Shown here in pieces: positions 17,367 through 27,792 of a stretch of DNA of 56,508 nucleotides. A model generated the notes under the pieces. That model worked only from the letters and a program-made list of their open reading frames with translations, was not told the origin of the DNA and ran no database searches. A program made the translations under genes and the position numbers. Numbering within the stretch: position 1 is the stretch's first letter; every line of letters starts with the position of its first letter. This stretch comes from Caulobacterales bacterium. Lineage in GTDB: Bacteria > Pseudomonadota > Alphaproteobacteria > Caulobacterales > Caulobacteraceae. The DNA is taken from contig JAFKGN010000166.1 in assembly GCA_017307205.1 (NCBI GenBank), forward strand, positions 1 to 56,508, read 5' to 3'.

Positions 17367-19952
17367 ATGAAGCGACTGGCGATGATCCTCACCGCAGCCG
17401 GGCTGATCCTGGCGGCCTGCGGCGGCAAGACGAGCGCACCGGCTCCGACGCGAAACGTTCTGCCCGAGGGGGTCACCCCCAGCCACTACGATATTTCGGT
17501 GGTCCCCAACGCGGAGGCCCTGACCTTCACCGGCCAGGCGGGGATCGACATCGACGTTTCCAAGGAGACGTCCGAGATCACCCTGAACGCGGCCGACCTG
17601 CAGTTCAGCACGGTGAGCCTCGACGGCGCCAACGCCGCGCCCAAGGTCAGCTACGACGCGCCCAAGCAGCGCGCGACCATCGCCTTCGACAAGCCGGTGA
17701 CCGTCGGCAAGCACCGCCTGGTCATCGACTACACCGGCAAGATCAATCAGCAGGCCATTGGCCTCTTCCGCATCGATTACGACAAGGACGACGGCTCGAA
17801 GGACCAGGTGCTGGCCACCCAGTTCGAGGCCCCGGACGCCCGCCGCTTCGCGCCGATGTGGGACGAGCCGGCCAAGAAGGCGACCTTCACCCTCAGCGTG
17901 ACCGGCCCGGCGAGCCGCGCCTTCTATTCCAACATGCCGGAGGCCAAGAGCGAGACCCTGGCCGGCGGCCAGAAGAAGGTGACCTTCGCGCCGACGCCGA
18001 AGATGTCGTCCTACCTGCTGTTCATGGCGATCGGCGACCTGGAGCGCATCTCGCGCAACGTCGACGGCGTGGACGTTGGCGTCGTCGCCCGCCGCGGGGC
18101 CGGCGAACAGGGCCGCTATGCGCTGGACAGCGCCGAGCGCCTGCTGCGCTACTTCAATGACTATTTCGGCGTGAAATACCCTCTGCCTAAGATGGACCTC
18201 CTGGCCGTGCCCGGCGGCGCCGTGCAGTTCGCCGCCATGGAGAACTGGGGGGCGATCCTCTACTTCGAGAAGTACCTGCTGCTCGACCCGAAGGTCTCCA
18301 CCGAGGCCGACCGCCAGGACGTGTTCTCGACCGTCGCCCACGAGATGGCCCACCAGTGGTTCGGCGATCTCGTGACCATGAGTTGGTGGGACGACCTCTG
18401 GCTGAACGAAGGCTTCGCCGAGTGGATGGCCAACAAGGCCACCGGCGACCTCAATCCGACCTGGTCCAACGCCGCCGGCTATATCGGCACCAGCGACCGG
18501 GCCGTGCGCCTGGACAGCCGTTCGGCCACCCACCCGGTCGTGCAGCCCATCGCCGACGCCGCCGACGCCTCCTTCGACCTGATCACCTACCAGAAGGGCA
18601 TGTCGGTGATCGGCATGATCGAGGACTACCTCGGGGCCGAGAAGTTCCGCGACGGCATCCGCGCCTACATGAAGAGCCACGCCTACTCGAACACCGTCTC
18701 CAGCGACCTGTGGAGCGCCCTGGCCAAGGCTTCAGGCCAGGACATCGACGCGGTGGCCCGCGACTTCACCACCCAGCCGGGCGTGCCGCTGGTCAGCGTC
18801 GAGAGCCAGAACGGCGGCCTGCGCCTGACCCAGGGCCGGTTCGGCGTCGACGCCGAGTCCAAGAAGCCGCAGACTTGGCTGGTTCCGGTCACCGCCCAGC
18901 CGGTGGGCGGCGTCGCCTGGCGCGGCCTCGTCTCGGCCGACAAGCCGGCCCGCGTCGATGCGACCGGCGCCGTGGTCGTCAACGCCGGGGCCAAGGGCTA
19001 CTTCCGCACCGCCTACGACCAGGCCAGCTTCAACGCCCTGCGCGACCGCTTTGGCGCGCTGGCCCCCGTCGACCAGCTGAAGGTTCTCTACGACTACTGG
19101 GCGTTCGGCCAGGAGAACACCCGGCCGATCGGCGACTATTTCGCCCTGGCCGACAAGCTGCCGGCCAACGCCGACCCGCTGGTCTGGACCCAGATCGCCG
19201 AGACCCTGCGCGAGGTGAACCTGCTCTATGCGGGCGATGCGCGGCAGACCGCCTTCCGCGCCGCCGGCCGCAAGCTGCTGGCGCCCGTGTGGGCCCAGGT
19301 GGGCTGGACGCCCAAGCCGGGTGAGAACATCAACACCGCCCTGCTCCGCGCCGACCTGATCACCACCCTCGGCCGCCTGGACGACGAGGCGGTGGTGGCC
19401 GAGGCCAACGCCCGCTTCCGCCGCATGGACAGCGACCCCAACGCCCTGCCCGCCGCGATCCGCGAAGCGACGCTGGGCGTGGTGGCCAGCCACGCCGACC
19501 GGGCGATGTTCGACCTCTATCGCGCCAAGGCCCGTGCGGCCCGCGGGCAGGAGAAGGAGCGCCTCTACACCCAGATCGGCCAGGTGCGCGACGAGGCCCT
19601 GGCCCGCGATGTGCTGCAGATGAACCTCGGCGACGAACCGCCGAAGACGCAGCGCAACCTCGCCCTGCGCTGGGTGGCGACCAACCACCCCCGGATCGCC
19701 TGGGATTTCCTGAAGACCAACGCCAAGGCCATCGATGCGCTGTTCGCCCCGGAAAGCCTGCGAACGGCCATGAGCCGCATCGCGACGGACTGGACGGACG
19801 CGGGTCTCGCCGGCGAGGTGCGCGACTACGCCAAGGCCAACGGCGGCGCACAGCAAAGCCTGGAAGCCACCCTGTCGCAGATCGAGTACCGCGCCCGGGT
19901 GAAGTCCGAACGGCTGGGCGACATCGACGCCTGGGTTAAGTCCAAGGGCTAA
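17367..19952 (+). CDS. M1 family zinc aminopeptidase (ERAP1-like C-terminus), lipoprotein
   Basis: Lipobox LAA-C; TQFE..DARR, AAMENWG, HEMAHQWFG...LWLNEGFA and ITYQKG. Confidence 0.93.
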   Translation: MKRLAMILTAAGLILAACGGKTSAPAPTRNVLPEGVTPSHYDISVVPNAEALTFTGQAGIDIDVSKETSEITLNAADLQFSTVSLDGANAAPKVSYDAPKQRATIAFDKPVTVGKHRLVIDYTGKINQQAIGLFRIDYDKDDGSKDQVLATQFEAPDARRFAPMWDEPAKKATFTLSVTGPASRAFYSNMPEAKSETLAGGQKKVTFAPTPKMSSYLLFMAIGDLERISRNVDGVDVGVVARRGAGEQGRYALDSAERLLRYFNDYFGVKYPLPKMDLLAVPGGAVQFAAMENWGAILYFEKYLLLDPKVSTEADRQDVFSTVAHEMAHQWFGDLVTMSWWDDLWLNEGFAEWMANKATGDLNPTWSNAAGYIGTSDRAVRLDSRSATHPVVQPIADAADASFDLITYQKGMSVIGMIEDYLGAEKFRDGIRAYMKSHAYSNTVSSDLWSALAKASGQDIDAVARDFTTQPGVPLVSVESQNGGLRLTQGRFGVDAESKKPQTWLVPVTAQPVGGVAWRGLVSADKPARVDATGAVVVNAGAKGYFRTAYDQASFNALRDRFGALAPVDQLKVLYDYWAFGQENTRPIGDYFALADKLPANADPLVWTQIAETLREVNLLYAGDARQTAFRAAGRKLLAPVWAQVGWTPKPGENINTALLRADLITTLGRLDDEAVVAEANARFRRMDSDPNALPAAIREATLGVVASHADRAMFDLYRAKARAARGQEKERLYTQIGQVRDEALARDVLQMNLGDEPPKTQRNLALRWVATNHPRIAWDFLKTNAKAIDALFAPESLRTAMSRIATDWTDAGLAGEVRDYAKANGGAQQSLEATLSQIEYRARVKSERLGDIDAWVKSKG

Positions 19953-20039
19953 GCCCCGGAAAGTGCGGCTCGCCGGGCTCCGGCGGGCCGCAAACCCTCG
20001 ATAACGTGGGTCAAAATTCCCATAGGCCGCGAAGGGTTT

Positions 20040-20069
20040 CCCTTGCGCGAGCCGACTCCTTTCCCATAT
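20040..20069 (+). promoter_or_regulatory. Sigma32 (RpoH) heat-shock promoter of dnaK
   Basis: CTTG (20042-20045)-N17-CCCATAT (20063-20069), followed by a leader of about 130 nt. Confidence 0.8.
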
Positions 20070-20208
20070 CCGGCCACTAGCGCGATGACGGGCGACAAGC
20101 CTGCCGGAGCGATATGTGTTTAACCGGGGACGGTTCGAGAAAAACCGGGGCGCTCAGAGTCTGAGGCCCTCAGCCACCGTCCGCCACGAACGGAGTGAAG
20201 AAACGAAG

Positions 20209-22113
<1,905 letters not shown>

Positions 22114-22228
22114 CGCCGTGCCGCATCGCGGATCAGGCGGAGAATCGGCTAATCCTCATCTCGGGGACGTCGCCGCCGCCTACCGCGAAAGCGAACGCAT
22201 TTCGCCCCGCTGCGCCAAGGACTTAAGG

Positions 22229-22257
22229 CTTGCAGCGGGGCGGGATCGCACCCACCT
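22229..22257 (+). promoter_or_regulatory. Possible internal sigma32-like promoter of dnaJ
   Basis: CTTG-N18-CCCACCT in the 180-bp dnaK-dnaJ gap. Confidence 0.4.
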
Positions 22258-22293
22258 CCCTCTTAGTGTTTTCGTGAAGAGCCGACGCTGACC

Positions 22294-23454
22294 ATGCGCG
22301 ACTATTACGATGTCCTGGGCGTGCAGCGCGGCTGCGACGACGCGGGCCTGAAATCCGCCTTCCGCAAGCTGGCGATGGAGCACCATCCCGACCGCAACGG
22401 CGGCTGCGGCGATGCCGAAGGCCGCTTCAAGGAAATCAACGAAGCCTACAGCGTGCTCTCCGACCCGCAGAAACGCGCGGCCTACGATCGCTTCGGCCAC
22501 GCCGGGGTGAACGGCCAGGGCGGCATGGGCGGCGGCGGCGGCTTTGGCGGCTTCGGCGGCGGCGCCGACATGAACGACATCTTCAACGAGGTGTTCGGCG
22601 ACGCCTTTGGCGACATGTTCGGCGGACGCGGCCAACGCCAGGGCGGTCCGGCGCGCGGCGCCGACCTGCGCTACGACCTGGAGATCACCCTCGAGCAGGC
22701 CCACGCGGGCGCCGAGGTGGAGATCACCGCCGCGACCTCGATCACCTGCGAAACCTGCGACGGTTCGGGCGCCAAGGCCGGCACCCAGCCGACCGTTTGC
22801 GGCTCCTGCGGCGGCGCCGGGCGCGTGCGCGCCACCCAAGGCTTCTTCGCGGTCGAGCGCACCTGCCCCCGCTGCGGCGGCGCGGGCAAACTGGTCCTCG
22901 ACCCCTGCCAGACCTGCCACGGCCACGGCCAGGTGCGCCGTGAGCGCACCCTGCAGGTGCGCATCCCCGCCGGCGTCGACGACGGCGCCCGCATCCGCCT
23001 GGCCGGCGAAGGCGACGCGGGCCAGCGCGGCGGCCCGCGCGGCGACCTCTACATCTTCCTCTCTGTCGCCCCGCACGACCTCTTCGAGCGCGACAACCTC
23101 GACCTCCACGTGACCGTGCCGGTGCCGATGTGCACGGCGGCGCTGGGCGGCGAGATCGAAGCCCCCTGCCTGTGCGGCGAAGAGGGCGTCAGCCGGGTGA
23201 AGGTGAAGATCCCGGAAGGCAGCCAGACCGGCCGCTCGGTGCGCCTGAAGGGCAAGGGCATGCCGAGCCTGCGCTCACGCGACCGGGGCGACCTGGTGGT
23301 CGAGCTCTACATCGAGACCCCGACCAAGCTTTCGGCTCGCCAGAAGGAGCTGATGGCCGAACTCGCCGGCCTGTGCAGCGACCAGCAGCACCCCCAGGCC
23401 GCCGGCTTCGTCGGCAAGGCCAAGAAGTTCTGGGAAAACGTCACCGGCCAGTAG
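22294..23454 (+). CDS. dnaJ: Chaperone DnaJ
   Basis: J-domain HPD, G/F-rich linker and four CxxCxGxG repeats. Confidence 0.98.
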   Translation: MRDYYDVLGVQRGCDDAGLKSAFRKLAMEHHPDRNGGCGDAEGRFKEINEAYSVLSDPQKRAAYDRFGHAGVNGQGGMGGGGGFGGFGGGADMNDIFNEVFGDAFGDMFGGRGQRQGGPARGADLRYDLEITLEQAHAGAEVEITAATSITCETCDGSGAKAGTQPTVCGSCGGAGRVRATQGFFAVERTCPRCGGAGKLVLDPCQTCHGHGQVRRERTLQVRIPAGVDDGARIRLAGEGDAGQRGGPRGDLYIFLSVAPHDLFERDNLDLHVTVPVPMCTAALGGEIEAPCLCGEEGVSRVKVKIPEGSQTGRSVRLKGKGMPSLRSRDRGDLVVELYIETPTKLSARQKELMAELAGLCSDQQHPQAAGFVGKAKKFWENVTGQ

Positions 23455-23656
23455 GGCCGTAGCGCTTGCGACGGCGATAGAGACCGACGCCGAGCGTCAG
23501 GATCAGCCCCAGTTCGAAGCCGATGGCCGTCTCCAGCAGCGGGCTGCCCACATTGGCCGCCTTTGCGGGCCCTTGGATCTGCTGCGCCCATGCGCCGCCC
23601 GCCGCCGTCAGGGCGACGGCGGCCAGCACGGCGCCGAACGCGCGGTTCAGCCTCAA
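23441..23656 (-). CDS. Small exported/membrane hypothetical protein (71 aa)
   Basis: TTG start overlaps the upstream stop; signal peptide AWA-QQ; C-terminal TM helix followed by RRRKR. Confidence 0.55.
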   Translation of the reverse strand: MRLNRAFGAVLAAVALTAAGGAWAQQIQGPAKAANVGSPLLETAIGFELGLILTLGVGLYRRRKRYGPTGR

Positions 23657-24126
23657 GTCCGCTCGCGGCGAGGCAGCGGCACACGGCCGTCACGCGGCAC
23701 GAAGCCGGGTGGCAGGCGCTCTACCGCCGGCGTCTCACTGGCGGTCGGGCGGAAGCGCACCGGCACCAGCACCTGACGATCCGAGGTCACCCACACCGCC
23801 GCCCGCTCGGGCCGGATGGCGTAGGCCGCCACCAGCTTGAGCGCCGCCTCGCCGAAGCCGTAACCGTCGGGCGTTTCGGTCGAGACCTTGCAGCCGCTGA
23901 GCGCGCCGTCCTTGGCCACCGCGCAGGCGAGGCTGACGTCGCCGCCGATCCCCTCCCGCGTCGCCCGCTCGGGATAGAGACGCGCGAGATCATCGGCGCT
24001 GGGCCGTTTGGCCCAATCGGCCTCGGCGACGGGAACGGGGGTGACGACGGGCTTGGCGGCCGTCGAAGGGGCGTCCGGAGCCTGAAACGCGGCCGCGATC
24101 GCCAGTACGGAAATCCAACTCGTCAT
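23653..24126 (-). CDS. TonB C-terminal domain protein
   Basis: AGGAGG RBS; YPERA.REGIGG.V.L.C.V..DG.L..C.V..ETP.GYGFGEAALK...V.VPVRF. Confidence 0.8.
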   Translation of the reverse strand: MTSWISVLAIAAAFQAPDAPSTAAKPVVTPVPVAEADWAKRPSADDLARLYPERATREGIGGDVSLACAVAKDGALSGCKVSTETPDGYGFGEAALKLVAAYAIRPERAAVWVTSDRQVLVPVRFRPTASETPAVERLPPGFVPRDGRVPLPRRERT

Positions 24127-24189
24127 GACTTGGCCTCCTGTGGAGAGAGGATTCGTCAAACCCGACAAATGAGCAAGCTCACAAAGAGC

Positions 24190-24204
24190 GTTCGTTTTTT
24201 GTTC
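24190..24204 (+). promoter_or_regulatory. Alphaproteobacterial LexA (SOS) box
   Basis: GTTC-GTTTTTT-GTTC abuts a putative -35 TTGTCG (24205-24210), with -10 GCTAAGCT at 24227-24234. Confidence 0.7.
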
Positions 24205-24264
24205 TTGTCGCCGTCTTTTTCATGCGGCTAAGCTGCGCATAGGGCAAGAGGAAGGGTCTTTGGG

Positions 24265-24801
24265 ATGTTGGCCAGCAGCGCATCGATCACATTCCCCGCC
24301 CTCATTTTCCATGAGGACGATGATTATTACGAGGACATCGAGGAGGCCGACGATCTCTTCCTGCACCATCCATCGGGCTCTTCCCACCTTCTCGGCGGAG
24401 AGCTGATCGATTCAACCGGCCAGTGCTTTTCTATTCTTTCCGTCGCCAGCGCTCAGCCCATCGAGATCGAAATCCCCGTGGCTCGCTGGCGGCAGATGTT
24501 GGGCCTTCGTGACAAGAGGAAGCTCGACCGATGCGACTTCCATCTGAAGCCGCTTCCGCATGAGTCCTTCGACGAAACGCTTCGGCGCGTAACGGAAATG
24601 GAAGCTGCGCAGGAAGCCGATCACATCATGCAGGGCGGCGGCCGGGACACCCCTGAACACTGGGAGCAGCTCAGCCGGTGCAGGTCCATTGCCGACATTA
24701 TTGCCTACAACAATTACCTCCCGCCCGGCGCCCCTCGGACCGTTGGCGAAAGCATCGTTCAAGGTTTGAAACGCCGGTTGGGCGGTCTTGGGAGGCCGTA
24801 G
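24265..24801 (+). CDS. Hypothetical protein (178 aa, acidic N-terminus, atypical codon usage)
   Basis: Purine-rich RBS (GAGGAAGGG), globular non-repetitive composition and more A/T-ending codons than the flanks. Confidence 0.65.
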   Translation: MLASSASITFPALIFHEDDDYYEDIEEADDLFLHHPSGSSHLLGGELIDSTGQCFSILSVASAQPIEIEIPVARWRQMLGLRDKRKLDRCDFHLKPLPHESFDETLRRVTEMEAAQEADHIMQGGGRDTPEHWEQLSRCRSIADIIAYNNYLPPGAPRTVGESIVQGLKRRLGGLGRP

Positions 24802-24899
24802 CCCACCGCCTTCCGCGGCGTTAAAGGCAACGCACGCGTTCGGCGTTTGCGTCGCCGCCCAGGCTTCCGCCGCCCCGCCCCACACGTTAACAAAGGGCG

Positions 24900-27602
24900 G
24901 TGAACGCCGCCGCGAATCCCCCCGTTTCAAGCCTCGACGCCACCGGCGCATCGCCGGTGATGGCGCAGTATTTCGCCGCCAAGGCGCGGCAGCCGGACGC
25001 CCTGGTGTTCTTCCGGATGGGCGATTTCTACGAGCTGTTTTTCGAGGACGCGATCAAGGCCGCGGCCGCGCTCGGCATCGCCCAGACCTTTCGCGGCAAT
25101 CACAACGGCCAGCCGATCCCGATGGCGGGCGTGCCGGTGCACGCGGCCGAGGCCTATCTCGCCAAGCTGATCCGCTCGGGCTTCAAGGTCGCCGTCTGCG
25201 AACAGGTGGAAAGCCCGGCCGAGGCCAAGAAGCGGGGGTCGAAGTCCATCGTCCGTCGCGAGGTGGTGCGCATCGTCACCCCCGGCACCCTGACCGAGGA
25301 CAGCCTGCTGGACGCGCGCGGGGCCAATCGCCTGGCGGCCGTGTCGGTGCGGGCCGGCGCGGCGGCGGTGGCCAGCGTCGAGCTTTCGACTGGCGAGGTC
25401 GACACCCTGGCGGTGGGCCGCGACGGCCTGGCCTCGGCGCTCGCCGCCATGGGCGCCTCCGAAATCCTGGTGCCGGACAGGCTGTTCGCCGACGAAGGCT
25501 TCTCGGCCGCGCTGAAGTCGGTCGGTGGTCTGGTGCAGCCGATGGCCAGCGCCCTGGCCGAGCCGATGGCGGCCGAGACGCGGGTCAAGCGACTGTACGG
25601 CGTCGAGACCCTCGACGGGTTCGGGGCGCTGAGCGGCGCCGAGGTCTCGGCCCTGGGCCTGATCGCCGCCCACCTGGAAGTCACCCAAGCCGGACGCCTT
25701 CCCGCCCTGCGCCCGCCGCGCCGCGCCGGCGAGGCCGACGTCATGGCCATCGACCCGGCGACCCGGAACAGCCTGGAGATCGAGCGCACCACCGGCGGCC
25801 AGCGCGAGGGCAGCCTGCTGGCCGCCATCGACCGCACCATCACCGCGCCCGGCGCCCGCCTGCTGGCCGCGCGGCTGGCCCGGCCGCTGATCGATCCGGC
25901 CGCCATCGACGCCCGCCTCGACGCCGTAGCCTGGCTGGTGAAGCGTCGGCCGCTGCGCGAGAAATTCCGCGAAAGCCTGCGCGCCTCCGGCGACGTGGCC
26001 CGCGCCATCTCCCGCCTGGCGCTCGGCCGTGGCGGTCCGCGCGATCTGGCCGCCCTGCGCGATGGGGTGAAGACCGGCGAGGTGCTGTGCGCCCTGGCGG
26101 TTGGCGAGCGCCGCGACGCGCTTGATCCGCCGCCGGGCGAGATCGAGGCGGCGCTGCAGGCGCTGACACCTTCGAACCACGCCGGGCTTTCAGCCTTCCT
26201 GGCCGCCCTGAACGAAGGCCTTGGCCCCGATCTGCCGGCCCAGGCCCGCGACGGCGGCTATGTGGCCCCCGGCGTGCGGCCCGAACTCGACCAGGCCCGC
26301 GCCCTGCGCGACGACAGCCGCCGGGTGATCGCGGCGCTGGAGGCGCAACTGGTCGCCGAGAGCGGCGTGCCGCTGAAGATCCGGCACAACGCCGTGCTGG
26401 GCTACTTCCTGGAGAGCACCGCCCAGAAGGCCGAGCCGCTGCTGAAGCCGCCGCTGAACGCGACCTTCATCCACCGCCAGACCATGGCCGGCGCCGTGCG
26501 CTTCACTACCGTGGAGCTGGCCGAGCTGGACGCGCGCATCGCCCAGGCCGGCGAGCGGGCCCTGGCCATCGAGGTCGAGGCCTTCGAGGCCTGGCGCGAG
26601 GAAGCCTGCGCCCTGGCCGGCGCCCTGCAGGCGGTGGCCGAGGCTCTAGCTGGGCTCGACGTCTATGCGGCGCTCGCGGAATGGGCGGAGGAAGCCAACG
26701 CCGTGCGGCCGGTGATCGACCGCAGCCTGGCCTTCGAGGCGGAAGCCGCGCGCCACCCGGTGGTCGAGGCTGCCGTGAAGCGGGCCGGCGACGCCTATAC
26801 CCCCAACGACTGCCGCCTGGACGCCGCCGGCCGCAACAGGGCCGACAGCTGCCCGCGCCTGGCCATCGTCACCGGCCCGAACATGGCCGGTAAGTCGACC
26901 TTCCTGCGCCAGAACGCCTTGCTGGCCGTGCTCGCCCAGGCGGGCTGCTTTGTGCCGGCGCGCTCGCTGAAGCTGGGGGTGGTCGACCGGCTGTTCAGCC
27001 GCGTCGGGGCCGGGGACGATCTGGCGCGCGGGCGCTCCACCTTCATGGCCGAGATGGTCGAGACGGCGGCGATCCTTTCGCAGGCGACGCCGCGCAGCCT
27101 GGTGATCCTCGACGAGATCGGCCGCGGCACCGCCACCTACGACGGCCTGGCCATCGACTGGGCCTGCGCCGAGGCCCTGCACGACACTAACCGCTGCCGC
27201 GCCCTGTTCGCCACCCACTACCACGAGCTCGCCAAGCTGGAGGACCGCCTGGCGCATGTCGGCAACCTGTCGCTGAAGGCCAAGGAGTGGAACGGCGACC
27301 TGATCTTCCTGCACGAGGCCGTGGAAGGCCCGGCCGACCGGTCGTACGGCGTGCAGGTGGCCAAGCTGGCCGGGGTGCCGACGCCGGTGGTGGCGCGGGC
27401 ACGCGAGGTGCTGGAGCGGCTGGAGCGCGAGGCCGGGGACAAGGCGCAGCTCGATGACCTGCCGCTGTTCGCGGCGACCGCCCCGACGCCCGATCCGGTC
27501 AGCGCCGCCCCGGTCGCCAAGGCCCTCGCCGACCTCGACCTCGACGGCATGAGCCCGCGCGAGGCGCAGGAGGCGCTCTACCGCCTCAAGGGCATGCTTT
27601 AG
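24900..27602 (+). CDS. mutS: DNA mismatch repair protein MutS
   Basis: FFRMGDFYELF, TGPNMAGKST, STFMAEM, DEIGRGT, ATHYHE and C-terminal DLPLF. Confidence 0.98.
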   Translation: MNAAANPPVSSLDATGASPVMAQYFAAKARQPDALVFFRMGDFYELFFEDAIKAAAALGIAQTFRGNHNGQPIPMAGVPVHAAEAYLAKLIRSGFKVAVCEQVESPAEAKKRGSKSIVRREVVRIVTPGTLTEDSLLDARGANRLAAVSVRAGAAAVASVELSTGEVDTLAVGRDGLASALAAMGASEILVPDRLFADEGFSAALKSVGGLVQPMASALAEPMAAETRVKRLYGVETLDGFGALSGAEVSALGLIAAHLEVTQAGRLPALRPPRRAGEADVMAIDPATRNSLEIERTTGGQREGSLLAAIDRTITAPGARLLAARLARPLIDPAAIDARLDAVAWLVKRRPLREKFRESLRASGDVARAISRLALGRGGPRDLAALRDGVKTGEVLCALAVGERRDALDPPPGEIEAALQALTPSNHAGLSAFLAALNEGLGPDLPAQARDGGYVAPGVRPELDQARALRDDSRRVIAALEAQLVAESGVPLKIRHNAVLGYFLESTAQKAEPLLKPPLNATFIHRQTMAGAVRFTTVELAELDARIAQAGERALAIEVEAFEAWREEACALAGALQAVAEALAGLDVYAALAEWAEEANAVRPVIDRSLAFEAEAARHPVVEAAVKRAGDAYTPNDCRLDAAGRNRADSCPRLAIVTGPNMAGKSTFLRQNALLAVLAQAGCFVPARSLKLGVVDRLFSRVGAGDDLARGRSTFMAEMVETAAILSQATPRSLVILDEIGRGTATYDGLAIDWACAEALHDTNRCRALFATHYHELAKLEDRLAHVGNLSLKAKEWNGDLIFLHEAVEGPADRSYGVQVAKLAGVPTPVVARAREVLERLEREAGDKAQLDDLPLFAATAPTPDPVSAAPVAKALADLDLDGMSPREAQEALYRLKGML

Positions 27603-27613
27603 GCTTCAAAGCC

Positions 27614-27714
27614 TTCGTCATCCTGAGCGGGCCGCGCAAGCGGACCAGTCGAAGGACGCACAGTGGCGACGCTCTGCGTCCTTCGACTGCGCTCCGCGCG
27701 CTCAGGATGACGAA
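27614..27714. repeat. Nested palindromic intergenic element (REP/RIME-like)
   Basis: Outer 16-bp perfect inverted repeat TTCGTCATCCTGAGCG (27614-27629 / 27699-27714) encloses an inner 15-bp one, CAGTCGAAGGACGCA (27646-27660 / 27675-27689). Confidence 0.85.
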
Positions 27715-27792
27715 CTCGGGTGAAGGGCGGCCGTGGGTCGCAGAACGATTGGACTCAAACTTAACCCCGAACCGCGCCATATAAGCCCCGCC

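Noticed and set aside
22519-22566. GGC-rich tandem repeats
   Set aside because: This is the G/F-rich linker of DnaJ.
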